Below, piece after piece: positions 26,717 through 40,081 of a DNA stretch of 64,000 nt; positions within the stretch are counted from its first letter, which is position 1; the number at the start of each line of letters is the position of its first letter. The notes beneath the pieces are model-generated. The model saw nothing but the letters and a program-made list of their open reading frames with translations, did no database searches and had not been told where the DNA came from. This DNA is from Octopus vulgaris. Its lineage: Eukaryota. Made by a program: the position numbers and the translations under genes. The stretch lies in assembly GCA_951406725.2 (NCBI GenBank), contig OX597815.1:126480001-126544000 (forward strand), read 5' to 3'.

Positions 26717-29700
26717 AAAACGAAAACTATAAAATACTGTGATTGTACAGGTTAGACTACTTAAATCCAAACATTTCCTCTGACTCAATTCAAGTGGAAA
26801 TATATAATCACATTTGTTAAACCCGGTCGATTTACTGCGAAACAAAATGACTAACCAGCATCGAAAATAATGAGAATATCACGAAACTTGCTTGTTTCTT
26901 AAGTCCTGTAACTTTGACAATTGACCTATAAGTTTTATCGAAGTTGATCTCAGCAGCACGAAATGTAATGAAATAGATATTCAGTTTTATCCGATAGTTA
27001 CGATTATTTGTGGAACGTCTTTAAACGAAAATCAAAAAATAACGCTTCCTTTTACACACAATAAAACATACGCACGCGTGGTTTAAACTAAGTTTATTAA
27101 TGGAATAGATCTGTTTAGAGTATTTAACGAGTTATTCTCAGTACTACCATTATTTAAAGCTTCTCTAAAAAGGGTAGAATATTGTAGACATGCTATTTCA
27201 AGTGAAATGTTATGTGTTTGTATTAGAAACAGGCATGGACTACAATAGTATCTAACAAATATTTGCAATATATATTTGCTAAGTTACTGACACCAAATGA
27301 ACTTTTTAATAAAAGATTGAAAAAATAAAAATCCATACTTATTAAAAAGATTTATCAAAAGACAAGCAAATTAGATTGGATTGCACTCGTGCATCATTTA
27401 AGCATCCCTCACTAAGTAATGTCGCTTATTTTGAAGAGAGGACGAGAGTATTGTCGAGTATGCAAGCTGTATAACAATATTTTCTACCATGTAAGTGATA
27501 TCAGTGCATGTTGAAGGTAATGATTGCATACGGCTGGGCTGTGCGTTCAACAAGGAAGTTTCTACATAGTCACTCTACCTGCTGAAAATAATCGACTTCC
27601 TGTTATACTCAAATGTCTAGAACGCTTTTTTGTCACAGATTTGTTCGATCAGCGCTGATCTGGAGCCAAACAACTGCTAAGTTTTCTTCCAACCAGCGAG
27701 AAAAGACTCCTCGTTGATTGCTCGACCTGCTCGAAATAAATATCTTCAGAATTATACCTGACTGATGACAATTAAGAAAGGTTTCATTGTCATATTCATA
27801 AAGATGGAATATATTACATAAACTAGAAAAAAATCGCCCGTAATGTTTTTGTGAGTTAATGAAACAGACATATACATAATCTATTTTGATGCATTTACGT
27901 ACGTGAGGAAGCATGATCTAATAGCGCAAATGCCTGTCTAGGTCCGCAAATTTTAAGCACTGTGAAAATTTTCCGTGATGTTTGGGGTAACATCCGAATT
28001 CCAAATCGGAAAATATTTTAATAATTTATGTTTTTGCTAGATTTATTTCCTATAATATTCGTCTTAAAGATGTTAATGTTTAATGAATATGAAGCACTTA
28101 ATATTTATGCAATAACTTGTGTTATATACAAGACTACTTTTTGTCGTATTGAAGCGTATTGTGAACTGGTATAAGTGAAAAATTCAGAAGAAAAATTAAG
28201 AATTGCTTGTCGCCAACTTCTATAGCGAAATTAAAATGAAGTTGATATAATCTAGAGTTGAAACCGTCGTACAAACATAGCTATTCTAATCTCTAAAGAC
28301 ATACCACAAATGTAATAATTTAACGGAAATTCGTCTGTGTTTACAAAGGTTTCGTATTTTGACAATTACAGCTAAACTTGAGTCTATGTATTCTCTTCAG
28401 TATAATCATTTTAGTAAAATGAAGCTTTTGTAGTAGATACAATTAAAATGGTTTCCAAAATAACATTTAAGACTTATCAGACAAATCCTATGGCATATCC
28501 TATTATGTTTGAGTTTGCTTAAACAGCTCGTGAATTGAAGCATTCGGTTTGCAAGTCTAGCTGTAATTAACAAATATTTGTTGTACTGTAAACACACTGC
28601 CATTGTTCAAAATTTAAAGCATGCAGACTACTGAAGCAACATTTTATGCTACACAGAAAATGTCCAATAATTAGATACGCTTTCTTCATTAACACTTCAG
28701 AATATAGCTTACGTTTCCTTGTGTTTGTTTCACTCATTGGACTGCAACTGTGCTGGGGTACTACCATGAATGGTTTTAGTTGAATAAATCGGCACTACTT
28801 AAATACAGGAGTCCCGATGCATCTACGTGACGATATGAAGGGGAGGGTTAGTTTTAGGGTGTTATTACACGTCCACACAGCGTACATTCAAAATATTTTG
28901 TACGTAACACCCGTATTAAACCTATAAAGTGCTGGGATTTGCATTTACATAGTATGGACTGCTGAGAATATTTTACGAAAATAAGACTACCATGCACACG
29001 TAAAAAAAAAAAAGTTAATCTTAGTATATAATGGTGGCAAGTTTTACATCATCTGAAAAGTTATTAGTTGAACTTTTGCATTCTGTAGGGGTGTCGGAGC
29101 GTTTGAGTGACATTAGTCCCCAACAAACGACCATAAATTAAATGCATCTGTGTGGGCCACGATCATGGCCTGTCGAACTGTGCCTGATGGCCACGATTGT
29201 GGCCCGTCTCGCTTTATGTGTTAAGAAGTATCTGTGTATTTAAGTAGTACCAAAAAATCGACCCCAGTACTTATTCTATCAGTCTCTATTCCCGAAACAG
29301 AGACGTAAATAAGCCAACACTAGTTGTTAAGCGGTGGAGTGGGGACAAAAACATATATAAATATATTGGGGAGGGTGCAAAATTAGAAACCGAAGTAAAA
29401 TGTGTAATTTCTGATTTCTCATTATTTTCTCCCTTTAAAATCATTAAATTGCATGTATTACAATACCGTTTTGTACTGTTGCATCATCTTTAGGATCAAA
29501 AGTTGGTCAGCATAATAGTTGTTGAAGTTGAGAATTTGAAACTAATCAGGTGACAGGCACTTTCTTTGCAAAAAATTTTCCTCAACTCTGACCTGATTTT
29601 AATTGATATAGCTAATAAAATATCTGGATAATTTTTGGTGTTTAACAATCAATATTTTTTTCTCTTTTGGATTCTGAGTCAATTTTTCCCACACTAATGT

Positions 29701-30407
29701 CTAATTTGATGAAATTCGATTTTCAAAAAGATTTCTAAAATGGGGTAATATGAGTAATGACTAATTTCAATAATTTATTCATTTTAACTGCTTGGTGTGT
29801 AAATATAACGAGAAGAGATCGTAAAGAATCTATAGAAAATATTTTAAGCTTTTTTTATTATTATTTAGTCGTATTTCGTTGATTTCATATCATTTGCCAT
29901 TTTTCCACAATACCCTTTCATTTGACTTAAATATTTCCAATTTTTGTTGCAATTTTTCTGACCTTTCTGATGTCTAAGGATAGATATTAATGTATACTAG
30001 TCTGTTTACAAATATAATTCTGAAGAATTAAAGAGGCAAATTTACCTCATCTTGTCTTACTCATTTTGCCCCAAGTAAATTTGACATATGTTCAAAGACA
30101 GTGATAATTTTCTTAAACAGTATTCTGAATATGTTGTAACGGTTTTTAATGCATTTGGAGGTCATTTGCTTAGTTGATATAATTTTTGTAAGGTTTTAAA
30201 CATTTGCAAAAAAATATTTTAACTCTCAGTCAAAAGTGCTGTAAAACATTGTGACCCCCACCTATACAACACACACACACAATGGGCTTCTACATAATGT
30301 CAACTAAATTCATTCACAAAGCATTGGTCGGCCCATGGAGATAGCAAAATACATTTGCCCAATTTATCAAGTAGTGGGACTGAATCCGAAACCACATGAT
30401 TGCAAAG

Positions 30408-30444
<37 letters not shown>

Positions 30445-31224
30445 GGAAGTTATTTACTTTGTAAATGTATGTTTAACTGAAACGATCTCCATTATATGTC
30501 TCGTATTTTATTATTCACAGAAATAGTTTCTTTAATGTGTTAAAAATTGACTGAACATAATTTCACTAACTTCCATTTTTCAAATTGACGTAAAAATGTT
30601 TTTTCTACTTTTTCTTAGCGATAAAACCCTGAAATTAACTTGTAAATTGCTATTAGATATTCGTCTTTCTATATAGTTTTTCAATTTACCATTCCATTAA
30701 CTAAGAAATGTGCTTGCTTTTTATTTTTGATAAACTAGTTTATGAACATTTATCGGGGAACAATAATTTCAATGATTCATTAAAAAACCTATAACAAACA
30801 ACTATCTAACTTTTACAAAACTTAATATTAAAGTAATAAATTGGGAAAATTAATTAGTTTAAAAATGTGGTTCACCTGATATAGAAGTCAACTTCGATCT
30901 ACTGCGTAATAAATCCTTTTGAACTGTTTCTCTCAGAAAACTGTTTTAGGCGAAATAACATTGAATTCTCGTGGAACTAGCTATGACCAAAGTTATTTGA
31001 ATATGAATTATTATGCGCAAAGCAAGTGCGCAGGAAACAAAATCTGCTAATCACAAAGGCTTATTTTTGTTAGCTTTAGGGTAAATGAGTACCAGAGACA
31101 GCAGACCACTGGATAAAATGAATCGCAGCATAAATTTATATCACTTTATATTTTGCATTCAAATCCCACCTGTGTTGCTTATTCTCGTCCAAGTAGATCA
31201 AGCAGTTATTTCTAATATAAGCAA

Positions 31225-31400
31225 CAGGATTGGAATTTGTGAGAAAGGAATAGTCGATTACATCAATTCCAGTGTGATACTATATTTCATTGTGTCTGAA
31301 AGGAGAAAAGGCAAAGCTGACTTCGGTGACATTTGAACTCAGAAGACCTGTAAGGCATGCAACTACTGTCGGGCACAGTAACGATTTTGCTAGCTCGTCG
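31225..31400 (-). mobile_element. tRNA-derived SINE, family A (old copy)
   Basis: AGTCGATTACATC...GAAAGGAGAAAAGGCAAAGCTGACTTCGG...ATTTGAACTCAGAA. Confidence 0.65.
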
Positions 31401-32210
31401 ATTTAAGTTAATCAACCAGTACTTATAATATACTGGAATTCTACTGAATCCACTAATCTATTTTCTTTTTGTTTTCTTGTATCATAAAAAATGATTATTC
31501 TCCAAAATGTTTGCTAATTATTATTTCTTTGTTTAAAAACACAAGGCCACACATTTATAGGAAGAGAAAACGAAATGGTATACTACTATACTCTTATTAT
31601 GCTTATCGGAGTAAAGGGAGGGAATTGGTTGCAATTAACAATCAAAACCGGTTTGCATAATCAATAGGTCGATAGTTTACCTTTTCTCTACACATAATAG
31701 TTCTCTGTGTGTAAGGAATGAAAACGTACTGTAACTCTTAATGGGTCGTTAATATAATGTAATTACGTCGTGGGCTGTTGACTCAGTGGTGTTCAAAGCA
31801 ACTTCAGACTACTGAATGATTCTAAATATCGCTGGTATGTGGAGCAAATAAAGTGAAAAGGGTTACTGGAAATCGAACTCTTAGCGAGATCTTACCATCA
31901 TTATACAACGTTCAAACTTATTACCTGATATCTATAAATCATACTAAATGTATACTTACAGTCGCTAGGACAGCTATTGCGATATTTATCCTGAAATAAT
32001 GTCTGTTATGCACGTGGTGTGTTAAAAACAAATGTCAGAGGAAGGCGAAAATTTGTCCCAGCAGCCAGCGAGAGCACCAGATGAATAAATTTACTCTTTA
32101 GTATTTCAGGATGCTTTTATGTAATTTTGGTAAATATATCTGTTGAAATTAGATGTCAGCGTTACGTTAAGTTTTTCGTAATTTAGATGACAGTTTATTC
32201 ACCGCACCCT

Positions 32211-32541
32211 GTATGTACATGTATGTATGTATGTATGTATGTATGTATGTATGTATGTATGTATGTATGTATGTATGTATGTATGTATGTATGTATGTAT
32301 GTATGTATGTATGTATGTATGTATGTATGTATGTATGTATGTATGTATGTATGTATGTATGTATGTATGTATGTATGTATGTATGTATGTATGCGTGTAT
32401 GTATGTATGCGTGTATGTATGTATGTATGTATGTATGTATGTATGTATGTATGTATGTATGTATGTGCTAATATCCGTATTCTCATCCAAGATTGAGATG
32501 AGTACTAACAATGTGGCACGCTTAAACAATTGTGAAAATCT
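32211..32541 (+). repeat. (GTAT)n microsatellite followed by a ~75-bp module; repeated at ~34058..34268
   Basis: GTGCTAATATCCGTATTCTCATCCAAGATTGAGA(T/C)GAGTACTAACAATGTGGCACGCTTAAACAATTGTGAAAATCT follows a GTAT array at both sites. Confidence 0.9.
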
Positions 32542-32629
32542 TCTCACATGAAACTATTGGTTGGCCTTGTTAACCGACACATAAAAGTGTGTGTGTGTGT
32601 ATATATATATTGTTGTGTGCATACATCAA

Positions 32630-33145
32630 TAACTGATGCATCTGGACATATCTTCAGTGATGTGCCTGGTATGATCGGGTGTTTGGGGTTTTTCAACATC
32701 ATATACCCTCCTCCAGATGACCAGCTGGGGTTGATCAGACCCAGACTTGTGTCCAGGTGACCAGCTAGCTACACCATGGCTCTCCTCTTTTGATCAACAG
32801 CCATCTTGTAAAACTGCAGATGGCCTTCCTCCTTCTCACTCCCTCGATGTCCAAACTGCTGATGGCTCTGGTCAGGGAATGGCCTGCGAAACCCCTGCAT
32901 CCAACCTCCACTGGGAGACACCTCGCTCACCAGCCAGCCCGCTGGCAGTCACTGACCAAGCCCGCGACTTGGACAGATTTCTCTCAAAAGCTTCTTCCAG
33001 GCGATCTTCTCATGGGACAGTCAGCTCCAGCAGCACCACTTGCTTGGTGGACTCAGACACGAGGACAATGTATGGTCGCAGGGTGGTGACCGCAATGTGG
33101 CCAGAGAACTTCAGTTGACGTTCAAGATCCACCAGCAGCTACCAG
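32630..33145 (-). mobile_element. 5'-truncated HERO/NeSL-type non-LTR element (restriction-like endonuclease domain + 3'UTR) between microsatellites
   Basis: Minus strand reads TTLRPYIVLVSESTKQVVLLELTVP*EDRLEEAFER and, after a frameshift, CQRAGWRARCLPVEVGCRGFAG: PD..ExTVP..K RLE signature. Confidence 0.85.
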
Positions 33146-33205
<60 letters not shown>

Positions 33206-33838
33206 CATATATATATACATACATATATATCTACATATATCAGACACAGTATTATATAAAAATACATTATCGAATGCGTCTCTGTTTTAATACGGTAGAA
33301 TATACATGGAAGAGAATTTGGTTTACATTATTAGCAGACCAACCTATTATGCAGAGACACACTCGTTTGGTTAGTTCAGTGCTTCATATTCTAAACATGT
33401 GTTGCGCTCTCATTGTATCTATATCTCATCTAAGACAGCCGATTATCTGCGTAAGATGAATATTGGAATTGAAATATAGGTTTACCAATGATTTCAGATT
33501 ACTGTTATAGACATATTCTCACATAATTTTTTAAAGTACTGAATATTAAATTATTGCATTTATACGCTTCACGAGAGTCTCAGAAGTGTAATACAAATGC
33601 ATAAAAGAAAAAATTAGAAACCTTAGAGATTGCCCTAAACTAACGTGGTAAACAGAAGACGAAAAAGTTACTGATAAATTACTGGTTCGTTGGTTGTAAC
33701 TTGTTTCAATGCTATACTTTACTACAATATATATTTATAGAACTTAACAAAGCTATACACACCAGACAGATGCAATCAAATTATACATATATACATACAT
33801 AATACATACATAAATACACACACACACACACACACACG

Positions 33839-33910
<72 letters not shown>

Positions 33911-34468
33911 AATTTACAAAAAAGCAAAAGACGAAGACAACACACAGAGAAGAAAACCGGAATGCAGCAGTCTAGTTTCCAATATATATTAAATTTTCAT
34001 CAGCGAATAAATACTATTTTTAGTAGTGAAGAGACGACAGTTAAAAATGTTGTGTGTGTGTATGTATGTATGTATGTATGTATGTATGTATGTATGTATG
34101 TATGTATGCGTGTATGCGTGTATGTATGTATGCGTGTATGTATGTATGTATGTATGTATGTATGTATGTATGTATGTATGTATGTATGTATGTGCTAATA
34201 TCCGTATTCTCATCCAAGATTGAGACGAGTACTAACAATGTGGCACGCTTAAACAATTGTGAAAATCTGTGTGTGCGTGCGTGTTTTTTTTGTTTTTTTG
34301 TTTTTTTTTGTTTTTGAGAACTTAAAACATTCAAAGATCCCATGAGCCCTAAGTAATGCAGGCATCAAGTTTGAGCAAAATATGTCAAAATTGGTAAAAG
34401 TTATGGTCGAAAATGGGGTGTTGCCAATTTTAGTGGGAAGTCCTATAACGAATCAGGTTATCAATTTT

Positions 34469-34930
34469 TTATCCTGATTGAATGGAAAACCCCAAATGAA
34501 TGCCTGCCACCGATAGTGTTTCGCCTTGGGATTTGCTGATAGACATAGTGAAGCATGGTCTCACCAGGAACTGCGATCTGCGGAAGTTAAACAGCATGTC
34601 TGACCCCGAGTGATAAAGTCGCATCCTTGAAATGAAAACATTTTCACCCCTCCCGCACCCTGTAACAATGGTGGCCTCAATCAAGTGGGGCGTCAGGGAC
34701 TTGATTACTAAGCGGGTCCCCTGTCACTGTTTAGGCGGAAGCAAGTTTCTGATTAGCATAATTGGGCATCCAACCCTTAGCCTAAGAATGTGAGGTGGAA
34801 GCCTTGCTGGCTCCAATGAGTTGAGAAACTCGATAGGGTAACTGACAATGTCTTGAGGGTCAGAGGTGTAGTCAATCGATTTGTAGCTGCGCGCCTCACC
34901 TGGAATTCGGCTTATGAGCCTATCGTTTCT
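34469..34930 (-). mobile_element. Helitron PIF1-type helicase C-terminal fragment (pseudogenised)
   Basis: YPIEFLNSLEP.LPPHILRLRVGCPIMLIRNL..GTRLVI..LIEATIVTGCGRGENVFI..FRRSQFLVRPCFTMSISKSQGETL. Confidence 0.9.
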
Positions 34931-35399
34931 AGGTGGTCAAGGCAAATGATTATTGGCAAGGCAATAGTGCCCTAATGCTGTCATTGGATACAATGATCTG
35001 ATCTACAATAATGCGCTGATTGAAATCGAATATGCCCTGCTCAAAATGGGTGGGGCGGCGTTGAACACATTCTGTTTGCCATCCTCATTGCGATAGGACG
35101 TTAACACACTACCACCAAAGTTACTTCTGGTGTTGTCGTATGACGCTGATGGCCTTGCGGAGTACTTGAGAGAAAATGAACCGAAATTGCACCCCGATCA
35201 GAGGCTGGTGTACGAAACTGTCGTCAGTGCCGTTGAAAAACAGGCGGGCGGCATTTTTTTACTCGATGCTTCTAGAGGTACCGGCAAATCCTTTGTAACA
35301 CAATTAATACTTGATAAGATTCGTCGCGAGAAACAAATTGCGCTAGCCGTTGCTTCCTCGGGAATCGCTGCTACGTTATTGCTGGGAGGTAAAAGTTAA
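34930..35399 (+). mobile_element. Helitron PIF1-type helicase N-terminal fragment, inverted relative to the adjacent fragment
   Basis: LHPDQRLVYETV..GGIFLLDASRGTGKSF..IALAVASSGIAATLLLGG (Walker A and motif Ia). Confidence 0.9.
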
Positions 35400-35583
35400 G
35401 GTTGAAAATCGATTTTTACCGCTACCCGCGGGTGCCTCGGGAAAAATAATTTGACAAAAATACAGCTAGGATCGTGACGAATGTCCTCCTAAAATTGGAG
35501 CGACATGCGTGCTAATTTGTGGGCGTGCATAAATTATATTCAGGTACACACACACACACACATCCTGCCTTTTATATATGCAA

Positions 35584-35611
<28 letters not shown>

Positions 35612-35623
<12 letters not shown>

Positions 35624-37740
35624 AAACAAGTCAAAAATAGAAAATGCTAAGATAATTTTATAGTGAATCTTTCAGTACCGGTTTCGGTCATTTTGAGACC
35701 TTTTCAACTGTAACGATTAAATAATTAAATTTAGAAAAATTAGAAGAAAAGTTTTTTTAAAGGAATATTTCTATAGTAGTGTTCAGATATGAGTGGCATT
35801 CTGCCTTTCTCTGACTCCCTTGTTTGCACTTGTGTGTTCGGGGTCGTTGTGAGTTCTTGGTAGGGTAGGAGAAGAAGAAGGAGGAGGACGCTGATGTGGA
35901 GAGGGGGTGGGAGTGGGAAAATCTGGGGGAGCCCTGTTGGTCGTATTTTGAATGGTCAGTGGCGACCAGTAGTCGCAGTTCAATTCAGGAATTGTTTATG
36001 GAATTTGCGTAGGCGTTATACTTAAAGACATCAGTGACAAGGTTAAGGGGTAGAGGGTGGAGAAGTAGAAGAAGAAGAAGATGACGATGTTGATGATGAT
36101 GATGATGATGAAGAAGAAGAAGAAGAAGAAGAAGAAGAAGAAGAAGGAGAAGGAGAAGATGATGATGATGATGGTGGTGATGATGATGACGACGATGATG
36201 ATGATAATGATGATGGTGAAGAAGAAGAGGAAAAAGAAGAAAAAAACAGAGAAGGGAGAATATGAATGGGTGAAAGTATAGCTGTGATGGGGCTGATTAG
36301 TAATGGATTCTATGGAATGCAATATTTGTGTGTGTATATATTTCTTTTATTCTAAAGTTGAGGTATATTAATTGTTTGTCGCAGACCCGTTAAGAAGTGG
36401 CCTGTATTTTGCAATAAAGAGATTTTCTTTACTTATTCGTTGTCTCGAGGTTGGTAGAGGGGGGAAATCCTGAAGTTTGGTGATTTTTTGTTGGCGCAAG
36501 TATCTATGTGTTGGCTAAAAGCTATTTTTCTGTTTTGGGGAATTTTTATCTGGGATCTGTGCAGGGCCATTCGTTTACGCAAACCATTTTTTGTTTGGCC
36601 TATGTACTGCTCTTGACACCCGGAGCAGGTTAGTGAGTATATTAGGTTCTCCGAAGCACATGTGAAGTTGCTTTTCACTGTAAACCGTTGTCCCTGTTTG
36701 AAGGAGAACTCTGATCCCTCAATTAGATAGTCGCATATCCCGCAATTGGGTCTTCCACATTTTTTTACTGTCGGCTTCTGTGTTGAAGAGTGAATTCGGG
36801 CTTGTGTTAGGAGACTTTTCATGGATCTAGGCTGTCTTTTGCTTTTTATGATCGTGTGTGTTTGGAGGATTGTGTTCATTCTGTGGTCTTTTTTTAGGAG
36901 GGGTATGTTGTGGAGGATGGTGCCGAAGGCTTCGTTATTGAGAGGGTTGTGTGTGGAGATGTATGGTAAGGCTTTTGGTTGTAAGTTTTTCTTTGATTTG
37001 GGATGTCTCAGTTCCTTGATGTTAAGTTGAAGGGCACGTTGAATGCACTTGTCAATAAGTGAAGGTGGATAGTTCCTGGTGATAAGGGTATCTTTTAGTT
37101 CTTGTAGTCGTGTGTCTCTGGTGTTTGCGTTAGAGACTATAGTGCATATCCTTTTTGCTAGATTGAAGGGGATATTCATCCTGGTGTGTCTGGGGTGGCA
37201 TGAATTGAATGGAAGATATTGCTTAGAGTCTGTAGGCTTATAGTATATGTCTGTTTCTATTATATTATTAGCTTTCTTGATGAGGATATCGAGGAAGGGG
37301 AGTTGTTGCTGGCTATATTCCATCGTGAATTGGATGTTTACGTCCAGTCCGTTTAAAATTTCCTGGAATTCTATGAGTTTTTCTATATTTTTATGCCAAA
37401 GAATGAAACAGTCATCTAGATATCTCTTCCAGTTGTTTTCTATGTAGATGGAGAAAGGGCTGCCATATCTTCCTAGAACCTTACGATATAGACTGATCTC
37501 TAGGTATCCTATGACTAGGTTGGCAAAGGAGGGGGCCATTCGTGTACCCATCGCAGTCCCCGATTTTTGTCGGTAGAAGTTGTCATTGAAGGCGAAGAAG
37601 TTATTTTCCAGGATGAATTTAACCCCTTCTATCACGAATTCTTTTTTGATGCGGTGTGGTAGTTCGTTGGCGTGATTCTCTAGCCAGAATTGGATTGCCT
37701 CTAGTCCTAGGTTGTGGGGGATATTGGAGTAGAGGTTGAC
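35612..37740 (-). mobile_element. Penelope-like element, inverted left arm (partial RT + GIY-YIG + 3'UTR/pLTR)
   Basis: Reverse complement of 38069..40188; ORF 36433..37746 is identical to the right ORF from VNLYSNIP onward. Confidence 0.97.
35666..35718 (-). ncRNA. Minimal type I hammerhead ribozyme (left-arm copy)
   Basis: Exact reverse complement of 40082..40134. Confidence 0.75.
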
Positions 37741-39376
37741 CGACAAAGAATATGATTATATGACCAATTTCACAAGTAAAACTAGCCAATTCTACGGTAT
37801 ACCTAAGATCCACAAAAGTGAAAAAATAAGCAACGCCTGCAAGATAGCTACAGACAAAATAATTAATGTCCCTAATCCTAATGACCTCAAATTGAGACCC
37901 ATAATAGCAGGTCCCGCATGCGAAACCCACCGCCTCAGTAACTTTTTAGACACCCTCTTAAAACCACTCCTCAAACATGTCAAAAGCTATATAAGGGACA
38001 ACTTAGATATGCTCAATCACCTACCGAATACTATAAACAAAAACACCATACTGGTATCCTTCGATGTAGTCAACCTCTACTCCAATATCCCCCACAACCT
38101 AGGACTAGAGGCAATCCAATTCTGGCTAGAGAATCACGCCAACGAACTACCACACCGCATCAAAAAAGAATTCGTGATAGAAGGGGTTAAATTCATCCTG
38201 GAAAATAACTTCTTCGCCTTCAATGACAACTTCTACCGACAAAAATCGGGGACTGCGATGGGTACACGAATGGCCCCCTCCTTTGCCAACCTAGTCATAG
38301 GATACCTAGAGATCAGTCTATATCGTAAGGTTCTAGGAAGATATGGCAGCCCTTTCTCCATCTACATAGAAAACAACTGGAAGAGATATCTAGATGACTG
38401 TTTCATTCTTTGGCATAAAAATATAGAAAAACTCATAGAATTCCAGGAAATTTTAAACGGACTGGACGTAAACATCCAATTCACGATGGAATATAGCCAG
38501 CAACAACTCCCCTTCCTCGATATCCTCATCAAGAAAGCTAATAATATAATAGAAACAGACATATACTATAAGCCTACAGACTCTAAGCAATATCTTCCAT
38601 TCAATTCATGCCACCCCAGACACACCAGGATGAATATCCCCTTCAATCTAGCAAAAAGGATATGCACTATAGTCTCTAACGCAAACACCAGAGACACACG
38701 ACTACAAGAACTAAAAGATACCCTTATCACCAGGAACTATCCACCTTCACTTATTGACAAGTGCATTCAACGTGCCCTTCAACTTAACATCAAGGAACTG
38801 AGACATCCCAAATCAAAGAAAAACTTACAACCAAAAGCCTTACCATACATCTCCACACACAACCCTCTCAATAACGAAGCCTTCGGCACCATCCTCCACA
38901 ACATACCCCTCCTAAAAAAAGACCACAGAATGAACACAATCCTCCAAACACACACGATCATAAAAAGCAAAAGACAGCCTAGATCCATGAAAAGTCTCCT
39001 AACACAAGCCCGAATTCACTCTTCAACACAGAAGCCGACAGTAAAAAAATGTGGAAGACCCAATTGCGGGATATGCGACTATCTAATTGAGGGATCAGAG
39101 TTCTCCTTCAAACAGGGACAACGGTTTACAGTGAAAAGCAACTTCACATGTGCTTCGGAGAACCTAATATACTCACTAACCTGCTCCGGGTGTCAAGAGC
39201 AGTACATAGGCCAAACAAAAAATGGTTTGCGTAAACGAATGGCCCTGCACAGATCCCAGATAAAAATTCCCCAAAACAGAAAAATAGCTTTTAGCCAACA
39301 CATAGATACTTGCGCCAACAAAAAATCACCAAACTTCAGGATTTCCCCCCTCTACCAACCTCGAGACAACGAATAA
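37736..39376 (+). CDS. Penelope-like (Neptune-type) reverse transcriptase + GIY-YIG endonuclease; 5'-truncated and frameshifted at the C-terminus
   Basis: FYGIPKIHK, LRPIIAG, SFDVVNLYSNI, QKSGTAMGT, KRYLDDCF, LPFLDI, YYKPTD, SCHP; Cys linker CGRPNCGIC; NLIY..CSGC..YIGQT..LRKRMALH. Confidence 0.97.
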   Translation: MTDKEYDYMTNFTSKTSQFYGIPKIHKSEKISNACKIATDKIINVPNPNDLKLRPIIAGPACETHRLSNFLDTLLKPLLKHVKSYIRDNLDMLNHLPNTINKNTILVSFDVVNLYSNIPHNLGLEAIQFWLENHANELPHRIKKEFVIEGVKFILENNFFAFNDNFYRQKSGTAMGTRMAPSFANLVIGYLEISLYRKVLGRYGSPFSIYIENNWKRYLDDCFILWHKNIEKLIEFQEILNGLDVNIQFTMEYSQQQLPFLDILIKKANNIIETDIYYKPTDSKQYLPFNSCHPRHTRMNIPFNLAKRICTIVSNANTRDTRLQELKDTLITRNYPPSLIDKCIQRALQLNIKELRHPKSKKNLQPKALPYISTHNPLNNEAFGTILHNIPLLKKDHRMNTILQTHTIIKSKRQPRSMKSLLTQARIHSSTQKPTVKKCGRPNCGICDYLIEGSEFSFKQGQRFTVKSNFTCASENLIYSLTCSGCQEQYIGQTKNGLRKRMALHRSQIKIPQNRKIAFSQHIDTCANKKSPNFRISPLYQPRDNE

Positions 39377-40081
39377 GTAAAGAAAATCTCTTTATTGCAA
39401 AATACAGGCCACTTCTTAACGGGTCTGCGACAAACAATTAATATACCTCAACTTTAGAATAAAAGAAATATACACACACACAAATATTGCATTCCATAGA
39501 ATCCATTACTAATCAGCCCCATCACAGCTATACTTTTACCCATTCATATTCTCCCTTCTCTGTTTTTTTCTTCTTTTTCCTCTTCTTCTTCACCATCATC
39601 ATTATCATCATCATCGTCGTCATCATCATCACCACCATCATCATCATCATCTTCTCCTTCTCCTTCTTCTTCTTCTTCTTCTTCTTCTTCATCATCATCA
39701 TCATCATCAACATCGTCATCTTCTTCTTCTTCTACTTCTCCACCCTCTACCCCTTAACCTTGTCACTGATGTCTTTAAGTATAACGCCTACGCAAATTCC
39801 ATAAACAATTCCTGAATTGAACTGCGACTACTGGTCGCCACTGACCATTCAAAATACGACCAACAGGGCTCCCCCAGATTTTCCCACTCCCACCCCCTCT
39901 CCACATCAGCGTCCTCCTCCTTCTTCTTCTCCTACCCTACCAAGAACTCACAACGACCCCGAACACACAAGTGCAAACAAGGGAGTCAGAGAAAGGCAGA
40001 ATGCCACTCATATCTGAACACTACTATAGAAATATTCCTTTAAAAAAACTTTTCTTCTAATTTTTCTAAATTTAATTATTT

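Noticed and set aside
29150-29210. Paired GGCCACGAT..TGGCC palindromes
   Set aside because: Probably an internal part of an old DNA transposon; termini could not be defined
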